This document shows, piece by piece, positions 27,304 to 40,217 of a stretch of DNA of 64,000 bases. The position numbers and the translations under genes are program-made. How positions within the stretch are numbered: position 1 is the first letter of the stretch; every line of letters begins with the position of its first letter. The stretch is from Trichoplax sp. H2. Lineage: Eukaryota. The stretch covers positions 682,001 to 746,000 of the forward strand of contig NOWV01000018.1 in NCBI GenBank assembly GCA_003344405.1, written 5' to 3'. The notes under the pieces are model-generated. The model made no database searches. It had not been told where the DNA came from and saw only the letters and a list, made by a program, of their open reading frames with translations.

Positions 27304-30299
27304 ATGGCAATGATGAGGAAAACGAGCACAGTTATGCAACTGATGAAGCGTGCCATGGTAACCCAATCGATCACATCGATTAGACGATCATGTACGTAAG
27401 TTGGACTAGTTATTATGTAGTACTCCATACAGGGCGAAGTGGTGATGGAATAATGTTGGCATTCTTTATCCCTTCTTGCTAGTATACAGTAGAATGGATA
27501 TGGTAATGTCCTAGTATTATCTGTTACTAGATATGCGCGTACAGTAATCCGTCTAGGTAGATAGTATTAAATCAAATTAGTACTTCTAAATATTACCATG
27601 CAACATTTTATGTATGTATATAGATTCAACACGGATTAAGGTTGCCAATCCCGTGGTTGAGCTAGATGGTGACGAAATGGCTCGTGTATTATGGGAAAAG
27701 ATCCGAGAAGAGGTCTATTACTTTCATTTTAGTAGCATCATTTATTAAACGATAACAATTTATTGCTTTTGTAAGACTGGAATTGATATTAATCAGTTAT
27801 GGTATTTATGCATTAGTGTATAACTATAGTTTTGCTAGAACTGATATAGAGATGATAATATACTAATGTAAGTAGACTGTCAACACATTTTACCTTCTTT
27901 AAGATATTTGCACAGACTTTGCAAACCGTAAATTTGTATTTGCTACACTTGTAAACATTCCGTTACCTCAACGACACGTTATTCACTGCTACTGAATTGT
28001 TTATGGCCTTAGCTAATCCTACCATATGTGGAGGTAGAAAGGAAGTACTTTGATCTTGGCTTACCAAATCGTGATAAGACAGACGATCTAGTCACAGTTC
28101 AAGCTGCTGATGCTATCGCGAAATATAATATTGGTATTAAGTGTGCTACTATTACGCCTGACGAAAATCGAGTTCAAGGTAAATTCTACTAGCAATGTAC
28201 GTTAAAGTGATTCAGGAGTTAACATCATCAGAATTTCACCTTGATGACTTTAAGTTGAAATTATAAACTGAATACACTAGTATGTTCGATTTAAAACTGG
28301 GCTACCAAATAAACATGTGTATACTAGAGGTCACAAAATTGGCTATGCTTTGAAGAAAGCTAATATTGGTAGATCACTGAACAAGATTCATTAGTTATAT
28401 ATCAGAAAATAATCAAATGTGATAACATGGGCGATGCAATTTTATACCTTGTACTTAATCCAATGTATTTGCAATACAGTGTTACTGTACTGCTCACCGG
28501 TATATACAGTAGGTGCGACTTTGTATTGCTAAAATAATCTTCATAATTAATCCACTGCAGAATTTGGTTTAAAAGCAATGTGGCGTAGTCCCAATGGTAC
28601 AATACGTAACATTCTTGGAGGAACCGTATTTAGAGAACCAATTATATGTCAATCTATTCCGCGATTAGTTCCTGGGTGGAAGAAATCAATTATTGTGGGT
28701 AGACATGCCTTTGGTGACCAGGCAAGTAACTCAAATACGTTAATGTTGTATTTCATTAAATTCTAATAATTTTATGATAGTTGAAAACGTTTATTATGAT
28801 CTGTTCACAAACAGTAATTAGTCGTTGCTATTTTTCATTTCTAGTATAAAGCAACAGATATTAAGATTAATGGCAAAGGAACATTAAAATTGATATTTGT
28901 ACCCGATGATGGAGATAAATCACAAGAACAATCAGTTGATATTTACAAATTTGAGGAACCTGGTGTTGCTCTGGGAATGTACAACACTGATAAGGTGAGC
29001 AGTCTATTAATAACAAATTGATGGATTACATCCTCAAGATACATCTTAAACTTCTAATTTCGCATTTTCTACAGTCTATTACAGAATTTGCCCATAGCTG
29101 TTTTCAATATGCGTTGCTTAAACAACAGCCACTTTATTTAAGCACGAAAAACACAATTCTCAAGACATATGATGGAAGATTCAAAGACATTTTTCAAGAT
29201 ATTTACACGTACTTTTAGTTAGAGTAATTGATAGTCAATGTTATAGGTGATATAGAACCAGTTACAAGATATTATCGTTTTATGATTGTAGAAATGATTA
29301 CAAGTCAAAGTTTGAAGAAGTAAATCTTTTCTATGAGCACAGACTGATCGATGATATGGTAACTTTACCCAATGTTTACTTAGTCTGTACACCTATTATT
29401 TCCTTTACCAGAAGGCTTAACTGTAATATACAATTAGTTTAAGAATTATATTAATTCAAGTGGTGGGATTACATAATATCATAGGTTGCACAAGTCATGA
29501 AATCTTCAGGTGGTTTCATTTGGGCTGCTAAAAATTACGATGGAGATGTCCAATCAGACCTATTAGCGCAAGGTAACGAACTTACTTCTTTTAATTCGTT
29601 GCTGTATACTACGACATTGAATCTTTTGTTATCATTTTTAGGCTTTGGATCGTTGGGCTTAATGACAAGTGTACTACTGTGTCCTGATGGGAAGACGGCC
29701 TTAGCTGAAGCTGCTCATGGTACCGTAACACGTCACTATCGTCAGCACATAAAAGTAAATAATTATTTATAGCCTTATTGCAATGATGTTGGCATAATAT
29801 GATAGTTTTCACTTCAACAAAGGTCTGTAATAAATTATTTAGGGTCACGAAACGAGTACAAATCCCATTGCCACCATTTTTGCTTGGACAAGGGGTTTGA
29901 TATCCCGGGCCAAATTAGATGGCAATAAGGACCTTGAACGGTAATTTCGAGGCATTTTTGAACCATAATAAATTGACGTGCACAAACGATCAGGTGCCAT
30001 TACGCCATTATAAATATCAATTTACTCACTATCCTAATATGTAGCTTTGGTAATCTTTTGGAGAAAGTTTGTATTGATTCTGTTGATAGTGGACAAATGA
30101 CGAAAGACTTAGCAGGGGCAATTCATGGAATGCAGAAGTAATACCAATAAAATTTGTCGTAAGGCGTATTCTGATTTGTATTAATTTGCTTTTATTTTTA
30201 TTTTAAATTTAATAATACAGTGTGACGAGAGAACATTACTTGAATACTTCTGAATTCTTGGATGCTATAAGAAACAATTTAAAGAAAGCTCTGTCCTGA
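27304..30299 (+). CDS. IDH2: NADP-dependent isocitrate dehydrogenase, mitochondrial (IDH2-like)
   Basis: Exons: 27304-27391, 27624-27712, 28013-28178, 28561-28721, 28845-28994, 29075-29208, 29292-29358, 29485-29572, 29642-29754, 29843-29940, 30045-30137, 30221-30299. Motifs: [71 protein letters not shown]. The N-terminus [31 protein letters not shown] is Arg/Ser/Thr-rich with no acidic residues, like a mitochondrial presequence. There is no C-terminal SKL-type signal. Confidence 0.95.
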
Positions 30300-30785
30300 G
30301 TATTAATTGGCAAGACAGAGAATTTTCATACATGCTTTGGAAACTAATTATTATGTTGTCATTTATCGATTCAAAAATTAACAATAATCTCGTTTACTTA
30401 TAGTTTAGTAATTTATCAAAATTGTATATTATTGTATCTCCATTTTCATCATTTAAAAACTTAAAAGTCCTACAATGATGCCATTACATCCTTATAGGAT
30501 AAATTTGATACTGTTTACGTATTCTATTTTTCTCCTATTTAATATGATTTAGCGCTGTGTTTTTATTGTACAATCTGCAAATAAATGATGCTGTATAAAC
30601 ATAACACAAAACGAGGAATCACTAATCCCAACGTAGTATACGCGTGTGCTAATTAATGCACAATAATTGCTAACATAGCTAGCCAGTAATGATTTACTGA
30701 TGAGTTATAAGTCAAAATCATTTTAAATTATTGTATATTGCACATTAGACTGGCTTAGTGATATAATATTGCGATGTTATTTCTC

Positions 30786-33066
30786 TTATTGAAGCTGCAA
30801 GCATCTGTCCCGATAGATATTCTTAAATACTTCAAAATGATGATTTAAACCCTCGTGGACATGAATTTTGTATCGACTACCGAGGGCCCCATACTCTTTA
30901 TCTTCTACTGCATAGAATACTCGCTTAATTCTTGAATGTACCAAAGCCATGGCACACCTGTATGAAAGGATAAAATGTTAAAAAATGCGCAATATCGCGA
31001 TGTCATTTTAGTGGCAATATAATATTAACAGATGTTTAATTTTGATAACATACATGACACAAGGCTCCTTCGTAACATAAAGATCATATCCAGTACAAAG
31101 ATAACCACGTTGATTGTTAGATTCTTCATTAGGCAATTTAGAAGAATTATTGGTATTTTCTACAGCTACATGCATTTTACCAATATCATCAATACATGTC
31201 ATTACGGCATGCTTTAATAAGGAGCTATCAACATTTCTGGACCGGCCATCAGAAGCTTTCGCTAGAACCTTATTACTTTCTGGATCAACCATAACTGCAC
31301 CAATTTTGAACTATTTATCGTAAAAAGATTTGCTGTATTTACTTGATAGATTATTGAGTAGACGCATAAAAAATATTCGCTACTATAAGTGTTAGCTAAT
31401 CCTAGTTATATTTCCTACCATGGAATTCTCTAAAGCCGTAGATATAGCTATATCCATGTTATTATAAATATTTTGAATCACTTCCTGATTAAATAACTTT
31501 CCCTCAATAGCAGTTGAAATTCTGTGAGACATTGGAAAGTTTTTAGTTTGATTAAAGTGTAGCGTTATTATTATAGTCTCCGACTAGGAATTTCCTACGT
31601 TAACTATATACTGTGTACGTGTGTAATACACTGTATATTCTTAATCTACTACTACATAATATAGATTACCTTTTGTCTTCATAGAATGAGATAGGCCAAT
31701 ATTTGGAAGCCACCTCAAATTGTTTTCTCGTTAATGCTGAGGTAGCGGCAACTTGAACTATATAAAGATTGCCTAAATATTCCCAAGAAATAGGCTGGTT
31801 TTTTATCCATTCTTGCATTGCTAATTCCGAAATATCACTCAAGTGTTTGCGTAGGCATACGATGATGGCGTAGTTACCTTTACATCAAATAAAGATTAAA
31901 AGCTTTCTCTTCATAATTAGAATCAACATTTAACATAATATTATTACCACACTGTATTCACATAATATGTATCACTCCGAGTTATAACATTTATTACTGA
32001 GTTTATTTATAGGTCATTTTCTAACCATGTTCATCCTTTTGAATACGTTTAACATGAGTTAGTCCATCAAGAGGTAAGTGATCCTTGAATTGCCTAATAG
32101 CAAGCATGCAGATACTTATAATAGTCTATAATTTATTATAAGATTATTTGTAGTAATTTTAAATCATTTTCGTTTATTGCACAATTATCTTACCTCATTA
32201 AGCATGACAATTGTTTGCAATCTAAAACAGGAGCTGCAATAACCTCAGCTGTCAAGATATAAATAGCAGAAGCTGATTACAACTGAAAAGTCGTATGAAA
32301 TAGTATTAATTAATGGAATCTTGTATGGATCTTGAAAGTAACGAATGTAAAGTTATTAGAGTTATCATAACAACTATTTATTGACGATATCAATTGGTTC
32401 ATTAGTAGCTTGGATAACTCAGTAATAACGTATTTGAGATCTATAAAACGTCTTCTGCTAAGCTTATAAGCATACGCAATTTGTTTTGAGCTCTAGTTTA
32501 GCATCAGTACTGTTGCAATTATTATTATTAATTTAAAATACTGTACTTAGTTCGATTGCTGCTGTATATTTATCTGCCAGTACAGCAATAGGATGAGGAA
32601 AGCTTTGTGCAGTCGCTGTCGTACCTATATAAGATATCAATCATGTTGAATAGGAAAATACTTGCGAGGTGCAGCAAGGAGTTTGCAGCTACAATAAGTA
32701 TTTCTCTTATGGCTAGTGTAGTGTATTTCAATCATTTACTATTATATAGCCTGTTTATGGTATATGATGTATCTAATTCTACAATACTGTTCTCTGCATG
32801 TGTTCTCTCTCTAATACTATAAATACTGATGATTTCAGCCTCAGATTTGTTCAGTTGTACTATTGGTAGTAGTAGTACTTCCTGACGTTACTTCACGACA
32901 GCTAGCAATCCATATTACAACTTACAGCGCTAATAGACTAGCAATGTCTATCCAGCACTCCTCTACTTACAGTAGTTTCACAGTCATATTGAATAAGTGT
33001 ACCTATAAAGCATTCATTCCTACCTTCCAGCTTCAGTTTCTTTCTCCTATGGATAGAATCAGCCAT
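30786..33066 (-). CDS. ADAT3: tRNA adenosine-34 deaminase non-catalytic subunit ADAT3/Tad3
   Basis: Exons: 33066-33024 (start least certain), 32624-32547, 32248-32194, 32093-32026, 31877-31670, 31521-31419, 31310-31054, 30957-30786. Motifs: HVKRI, TRKQF..KYWPISF, GAVMVDP, HAV in place of catalytic HAE (Tad3 signature), [27 protein letters not shown], LNHHF. Confidence 0.92.
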
Positions 33067-33416
33067 CACCTTTTCCGTCCATGATCCACTTCTAATCGTC
33101 CATCGACTTATCCACCTCCAGTGGACTTTTATTGCCAGTTGTCATAGTAGCAGCAGATTATAAGAGGAAATGGGTGTGATTTACCCTTGTAGTATATTGT
33201 ATCAAGCGTCGTAGCGAAACGATACACTCTACTGTATCCAGTATAGCAAATTGCAAGCAGACTACTGCCCTAGTGCTTATGCAAAACAATCCAGCTTCGT
33301 GTCTACTCTAGTACAGAATCGGATGAGTCAGCACTGTACTAGTCGACACTATATTCTACCAGGTAAAGAATCCTTCGGTAAACAGTCAACAGCAAAAATT
33401 CTTCAGCCCGAAACAA
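33067..33416. promoter_or_regulatory. Probable bidirectional promoter ADAT3/NUB1
   Basis: The two start codons are head-to-head and only ~350 bp apart. Confidence 0.6.
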
Positions 33417-36400
33417 ATGGATGAAAGGAAAATTCTCATCGAGCGGATACGAAAGCAGTTATTAAAGGACGATATTAAGTTATGGCTGCCGCCATATACG
33501 AAACAAGGGGATGAAAGTAGTCATAGCCTGCCTGAGGTAAGGAAGGACTCAGCCAGTTAGATGATTGTATATCTTGCTGCTGCAATAGTAGAAGGAGTTG
33601 ATGATGTCACTGTTTAGAAAAAGTTTTCCTTAGCAAAAGTTGTGCAAAGTTTATAAATGTTGCTGTCCTAAGAATCATCATGATAAGAAAATGAAATGCT
33701 ATATCATCGTTTAGCCACAGGCTTGTAGAGATTTTCTACTGGTCTGTGGTCTTGCATTTCTAACTTGATATGACTTATTTATACAAATACTCTCTTCGTA
33801 TTTCGATCATGTCTTGTGTCAATGGTCAGTACTACGTGAAAATAATCATAGGTATTCTCTTTCTTTCGTCTTTCGGTGATGTACTAATCATCATTGCAAT
33901 CAGAGAAAGAGAATATCATTGCTCTGCATTTCTGACTTGATACTGTTTATTTTAATTCTCTTTCTCTCGTATTTCTATGTTGCAAGACTAAGTATGCTAA
34001 GCATCATTAGAAATGAGACAAAGATAACATCGTCATCCTATATTTTCGATTTGATACCATTTATTTATGCAAATATCCTCTTCTCTCGTAATTCTGTGAT
34101 GTAGGGCAATGGTCCTGATTAGTCCTGATCATAACGATAACAAAGGAGAATAGCATCGTCTTACATTTCTAACTTGATATCATTTATTGATACAAATATT
34201 CTCTTTTCCTTCACCTATTTCCATAATGTAGGAATTAATCGAGAGGTACTCGTCATTCTTACAAATCTCATCCAAAGATGTAAGCGAAGTTTTAGAAAAT
34301 CTACGTTCTCATGCTTTAAAAAAAATACAAGGCAATAAACGATTTCAACAGCATGGTATCGCTACCTTGAATATTCAAGTAGCCAAGACTGGCCGTAATC
34401 AGAAGTTGACTTCTACATCTACGGCAGATAAATATGACTTTCAACTTGATATTCATTTAAGCAATGATGGAAAGGAATTACGAAAAAGGTAAAATTCTTT
34501 GTTGCAGGACAGCAATTGATCAATGAAGTACGCAATTAACTATGAAAATGATTGATGTTATCTGCCTTACTTATAGCCTCATGGATAAACTTGATTGCCG
34601 TGGCGAAAGTATTAAAATGATAAGCAATGGACGATTAATAGAGGATGGTAAGGAATGTAATTAGTATAATACTTCATATAGAATATAGTATGCAGTATAT
34701 TTAAGATCCTGCCATTCATAGCACTAAAGATTTATCGGTTGCCGTAATATGTATATAAGCATTATGATTTAAATACTCTTTCCTAATATGGTAACTACAT
34801 GATAGGGTGCAACTTAACTGATCAAAATATCAAACATAACGGACGAATTCTCGTAGTTAAGACTGCAAAACTAGATAATACGGAGGATAATATCTCGACT
34901 AAAATTTCACAAGCTAGAAAAGTAGCCACTACATTATCCAAGCGGGCCGATGGTACGGACAAATAATTTGTTTTAATTAAATAATGTACAAATAAGCACT
35001 TTCCTGATCTCAATATCCATCTCTTGATCGCAGTGTCTGTTACTGTTTACTTAGTACTTGTTTATTAACACCATATAAGGATAACTAGATAGTTGTCACT
35101 TACGATTGCATTAAAAGTATGTCCTAAGATTAGAGCGTTCTTTTATTCTACTACATTTAAAGCAATGATTTGAAAGACGCAAATTCGGAGTACAGTACTG
35201 TTAATAATGGCGCCATATTCAAGATATGAGCTTCAATTAATAGCGGCTACTCTTTTCGATTTTATAGATGGAAAGTACGAAGGCCATTACATGGAAATTC
35301 GAGATCAAAATGGAGTGCTTATACCTCTTCAATCAACAACCAAGAAAGTATTACTTTTGGCAGATCTCTTGAACAACTACGTGTATGCTATTTATTTCTC
35401 TATTGATGACGGTGTTTTATTCCCTCTCAGTCCTTAGTGATAGCTATGTCTCTACATGAACTGGCTAGAAGCTATATAGATCGTAAGAACTACACTGAAG
35501 CTTTGCCTCTCCTCTTTGAAGCGGACAAGGAGTTTAAGTAAAATTATATGTAAACTATCATAGCTACATTTAGTATTATTATTTACAAAATGCGTCCTGT
35601 TTTTGTTTAATATTCAATTTTAAGGTATAAGACGCTAATCGAAGTTCTCTCGTTGTTTTATAGCCAATGTGATGCAGATATTTTAAATTGTGTAGATAAC
35701 TACGCTAACTTATGCTTAGATATCGTTTGGTGTTATATGAGAATAAAATGCCTCGATTATTTGTCAGACGCAGGTTAGACATGATTTGGATTACTTAGGG
35801 TATTTTACTACATTGACATAATACAGTACATCCATTTATATCCGACAGAATTGAGATTAAGAAAATGTGCACAATGTTTTTCACAATGTTATGGTCAAAA
35901 TATGGAGCGACTAACAGCGATTAAGGTATAAAATTGAATTATCTCAAGTGATGTACTCGTTTTGGCCAGAATTAATTTCCTAAGTAGCTATATTACTTTA
36001 TACATGTTAATAGTACATGTATCTTATCAGAGTGTTTGAAAATTAAATCACCTTTCTAATTGTAATAAATCCCTGATAGTTACGATTGCAACGCATAGCA
36101 GATTATCATTTCTGAAAATGCTTTACTTGCTAAGCTACTATTACAATTTGCAGATAGTATTTATCTAATTGTCTGCTACACAAACAGGGGTGCCATTCCC
36201 ACGAAATAGCATTATTTGCTCGTTTACATCTTTTACAAGGAGTTGTTGCATATCACAAAGGAGACAAATCGACTTGTCAAAGGTTATTAATACAGGTTGG
36301 TTATAACAGTGATCTTTTATATTACTATTTTTATTATGATAAGTACTGTATATAATATCTTACTAGGCCGAAAACGAAATGGAAAAATTAATGGTTAAAG

Positions 36401-38139
36401 AAGAGAGTTTAACTCAGTGTACGTCTTTAAATTTTATAATAAGAGCTACATTACTTTTGTATCTTTAATAATAATAATCATTTAAAATGGAGCTGATATG
36501 AGATTATAAATTTAATGATGCAGAAACCTCAACTATAATTATTTATCCATACTTGCTCTCTCTCTAGTGATGGTGATGGGATTTAGCTCTGTTGAAGCTC
36601 GCTTAGGTCTGAGGTCATCAAACGGAAATGTAGAAAAAGCTATCGGTTATATAATGGACCGTCAAAGGGTAATTCGTTGTAGCTAACTAATCTATCTCAA
36701 GAAAAATGTCGATTTAATTACATATTTCATGAATTAGGAAAGGAAAAAGAGGAAAGAGATAGAAAGAGAAGAAAGACAAAAGAAAAGAAAGCGAGAACGT
36801 CTGGGCAAAACAGTTCAAGGAGAATGGTATAGAATTTGTCCTATTTATCATAATTTGATTTATGATGCTAAAAGAAAGTTTCTTGAAATTTTGGCCATTT
36901 AGAAAGTGCAGGCGAATTATGCTAATTGCAATATTGTATAAAACACTAGGGTTAATGCAGAGCTATACGATTCGCTAGTTAGTATGGGACATGATAAAGA
37001 GCTTGTAGCGGAAGCATTACGTCAATCAGAAAATGATATAGTACTGGCCTTACAGGTATTGTGCTTAGTATAATCAAATTTATCGCATTTTTGGTAGTAT
37101 ATAGATTACGTATATTTTGAAGGTAGGATGCAACTATATTAATTGCTGTGTTGAAATTTCAGGCTTTGAATGATGGCATAGACGTCCTAAGAGCCTGCCT
37201 TGTCAAGTATGGCGTAAAATGTTAATATTACTTTTTTATTTATACCAGAATTTAAACATGTCTTACATTTACTTTTCAAGTAAGAACAGTGCTAAGAAGA
37301 ATACTGTATCCAAGGAAGCACTGAATCAGGTAGGCAATCATCGTGTGGCATTTTTATACATTGTTTATATCGATTCTTAAGCTTTTTGTGATATTAAATT
37401 AATAGCTGATAAATAGTAAAGCAGGTTCTTATATCTTGTGTAGTATATTTATAGCAGCATTAATTACTTAAGCCTTAAATATATCGTGCTATGATTAATT
37501 ATTTAAAGTTAACTGTCCTTTTTGATCATTTTTATTCGTGTTTATATTTAAAGGGGTGAAAATAATGGATTTATTAAGTTAAATTTTGAGTGTTTGGGAA
37601 GTTACCTTGATATCAGGGATATCAGTTTATTTTAAAGATTGTAACTTACTTGTATTCCTTCTTAGTTAACGGCAATGGGGTTCGATGCAAAGAAAGCCAA
37701 ATCATGCTTATTACAACATAACGGAAATATCGAACGTGCTATAGATGAACTATCATCACAGATGCCTATGTCATCAGGTAATTTCGTTAACACTTTTATT
37801 TAATTTCAAGCAACCCTTATTGAAATAATAATCTTAAGGTAGTCTATACCTACAATAACGGGAGATCCAAATACTCTTTCTAACTACCATTTACTAGGAT
37901 CGTCTACTGATGAATCAGACCTTGAAAAGTCTGCGTTAAATAACATGGATGTAACTGAGGATTTTGATGATGGAGAAGACATAAGTGAAGATGATGAAGA
38001 CAAGGAAGAATTAGAAAAATCTATTGAGACTATTTTACCTGACTTAGCTAAAGACGAGGAGGACTATCTAAACCTGTCTTTGAATGAAGAATGCGAAATT
38101 TTACAGGAATATAAGATTCTTCTGGCGTCCCTGAAATAG
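33417..38139 (+). CDS. NUB1: NEDD8 ultimate buster 1 (UBL plus three UBA-like domains)
   Basis: About 17 GT-AG exons from 33417-33536 to 37898-38139. Motifs: DIKLWLPPYT, GIATL, AMSLHE, VDNYANLCLDIVWCY, YGQNMERL, RLHLLQGVVAYH, UBA-type MGF/MGH segments, and an acidic tail ending EEDYLNLSLNEE. Confidence 0.92.
33740..34231. repeat. Degenerate ~120-170 bp tandem array (~4 copies) in NUB1 intron 1
   Basis: CATTTCT(A/G)ACTTGATA..ATTTAT..CAAATA(C/T)TCTCTT variants near 33755, 33927, 34043, 34164. Confidence 0.75.
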
Positions 38140-40217
38140 AAACCCTAATTATTGAATGCAAATGAAATTGAAATTGTTGTAATGTACCTATTTATCAATA
38201 GGCGGTCTTAATGCAAAAGCATACTGTCATTTAGATTCGTAATATGTTTAAAATTTTGATATGTTCCTGTGAAACCCTTTATTAATTTACTAATTGAAAC
38301 GATTTCTATTTCCATTAACTGTGATATTTACTTGGTACAATGATAATTATTTGTGTTAACATGTCTTTTATACGGATTTTAACAATCGTTTGTGTTGCCC
38401 ATAATGAATATACTAATCGTAACTGATAAAAATTGATCTAATCATCTACAATAGTGTGGCATAAGATTGAATTGAATTCAAAATTAACAAATAATGATAT
38501 ACTACCTTTGTAAGTGTTGTATGGTTTAACGACTTATGAATGAAGCGGATAGTATAATTACTATAGGCTTTGCCACCTGCTGTATAATTGTAGTGCATTG
38601 AGGTCCTAACGAATTCTAGTAATATATTCAATTCTATACTACGACAACACACAATGATTGTGTAATACTGCAGATGATGTTATTATTATACGTATGATGC
38701 TGCAAGTCTTGAAGAGTATTCATTCCTATCTACGATAGAAGACTCCTTTATATCAGAATCTTACTAATTAACTAAATCATTCATGCATGTTTTCAAATTA
38801 TGCATAAGCCGAAACTTGACAAAATTCATACCTGCAACACTAAATGCGTATTCTAACGGGGATAAGTGTAGTACATTAGGTTATATCAAGTTATGTAGCA
38901 TTTATTCTCATAGATGGTAGTATGTATATACAGTTTGCGTACAACATGATGGTATTTACATAATTACATGATCCTATACTGCTGTAGTATATAATTAATT
39001 TATAAATAAAGGTTGAATGCTATTACTAATAATATTCAATTGCATACTAATACGGCCATACCCTAATTTATATTGTGAGTAATTGTTTTATAAATATTAT
39101 TATCATTTGAAGACTTCAGAGCGTATAAATAAGTAGTATTTCTAGCAATATGCTGATTCATATTGTAACTATCTCGTTGGCTGAGTGGCGGACGTTGCGC
39201 TTCCACTCTTAGTCGTTAACGTTAGCACGAGGGACTTTGATACACTCCTAGTAAGCTTACTAAAAGTCTCTTTTATTTAGGATTTACTGCATTTAAAAAG
39301 TATAGCCGTAATGACGTATTATACCCTGATCTTAGTAATTCATTACCTTTCTCTTATGCTAACACATTAGGTGCAGTACAACAGGTTACTGTATTCTTAT
39401 ATACATAACAGCGGACTTCAAACTACGCTAAAACATAGCCTACAGGATATCATCTTGAAGCCATATTTGCTATCATATCTACGACATAAGCTCTAATATC
39501 TTGAGATGAGTGGGCCACCTATTACCGTAGCAATGGTTATGCATCTCCGATAGTAATGCAGTCTGCTAAACATTGTACGAATATATCAAATTTTATCCGT
39601 TTCTCGATCTCATTACTCTTAGATCAAAGAAATTAGCTAATTATTTATAAGTTGTATTCTGTTCAGGGTAGCAGATCGCCATATTGATAAAATTGGATAA
39701 AAGTCCTCCTTACGACACTATATAGCAATATCCTATCTTCTACAGATAGGATGCCATGTTGAACTCTAGAGTTGTCTTACCTTGGTGCAACTTTCTGTCT
39801 ATACATTACAAGGATCGTATAGCATTAAACATCGTATTTTAAACACCTTATAGCAACCCTATTGCCCAAAAGAATGTTTACGACATTAGTATATAAACAA
39901 TATCAACAAACAGTCTAATGTTTATTGCACTAAAATACTATAGTACTGTACATTCGCAAGCATGTCATTCGTACCATAGAAATCACTGTGTAAAATAGAT
40001 CGTCTGTAGTCCAATTTAATGGCATCGATTCATTTTAAATTTGGCGGCAACAAGATCTGCACGGACTTGCAAAAAGGAAAATATTGTCGAAAGCTATCGC
40101 CAATTACTTGGATCGTTATGTAATTTCAGGCTTATTATCCATACCTTAATTGGGAATTAAACTTGGTGATCGTTATATATCGTGTTTTAAACTGTTTTAG
40201 CTATTGGCTGGAGTATC

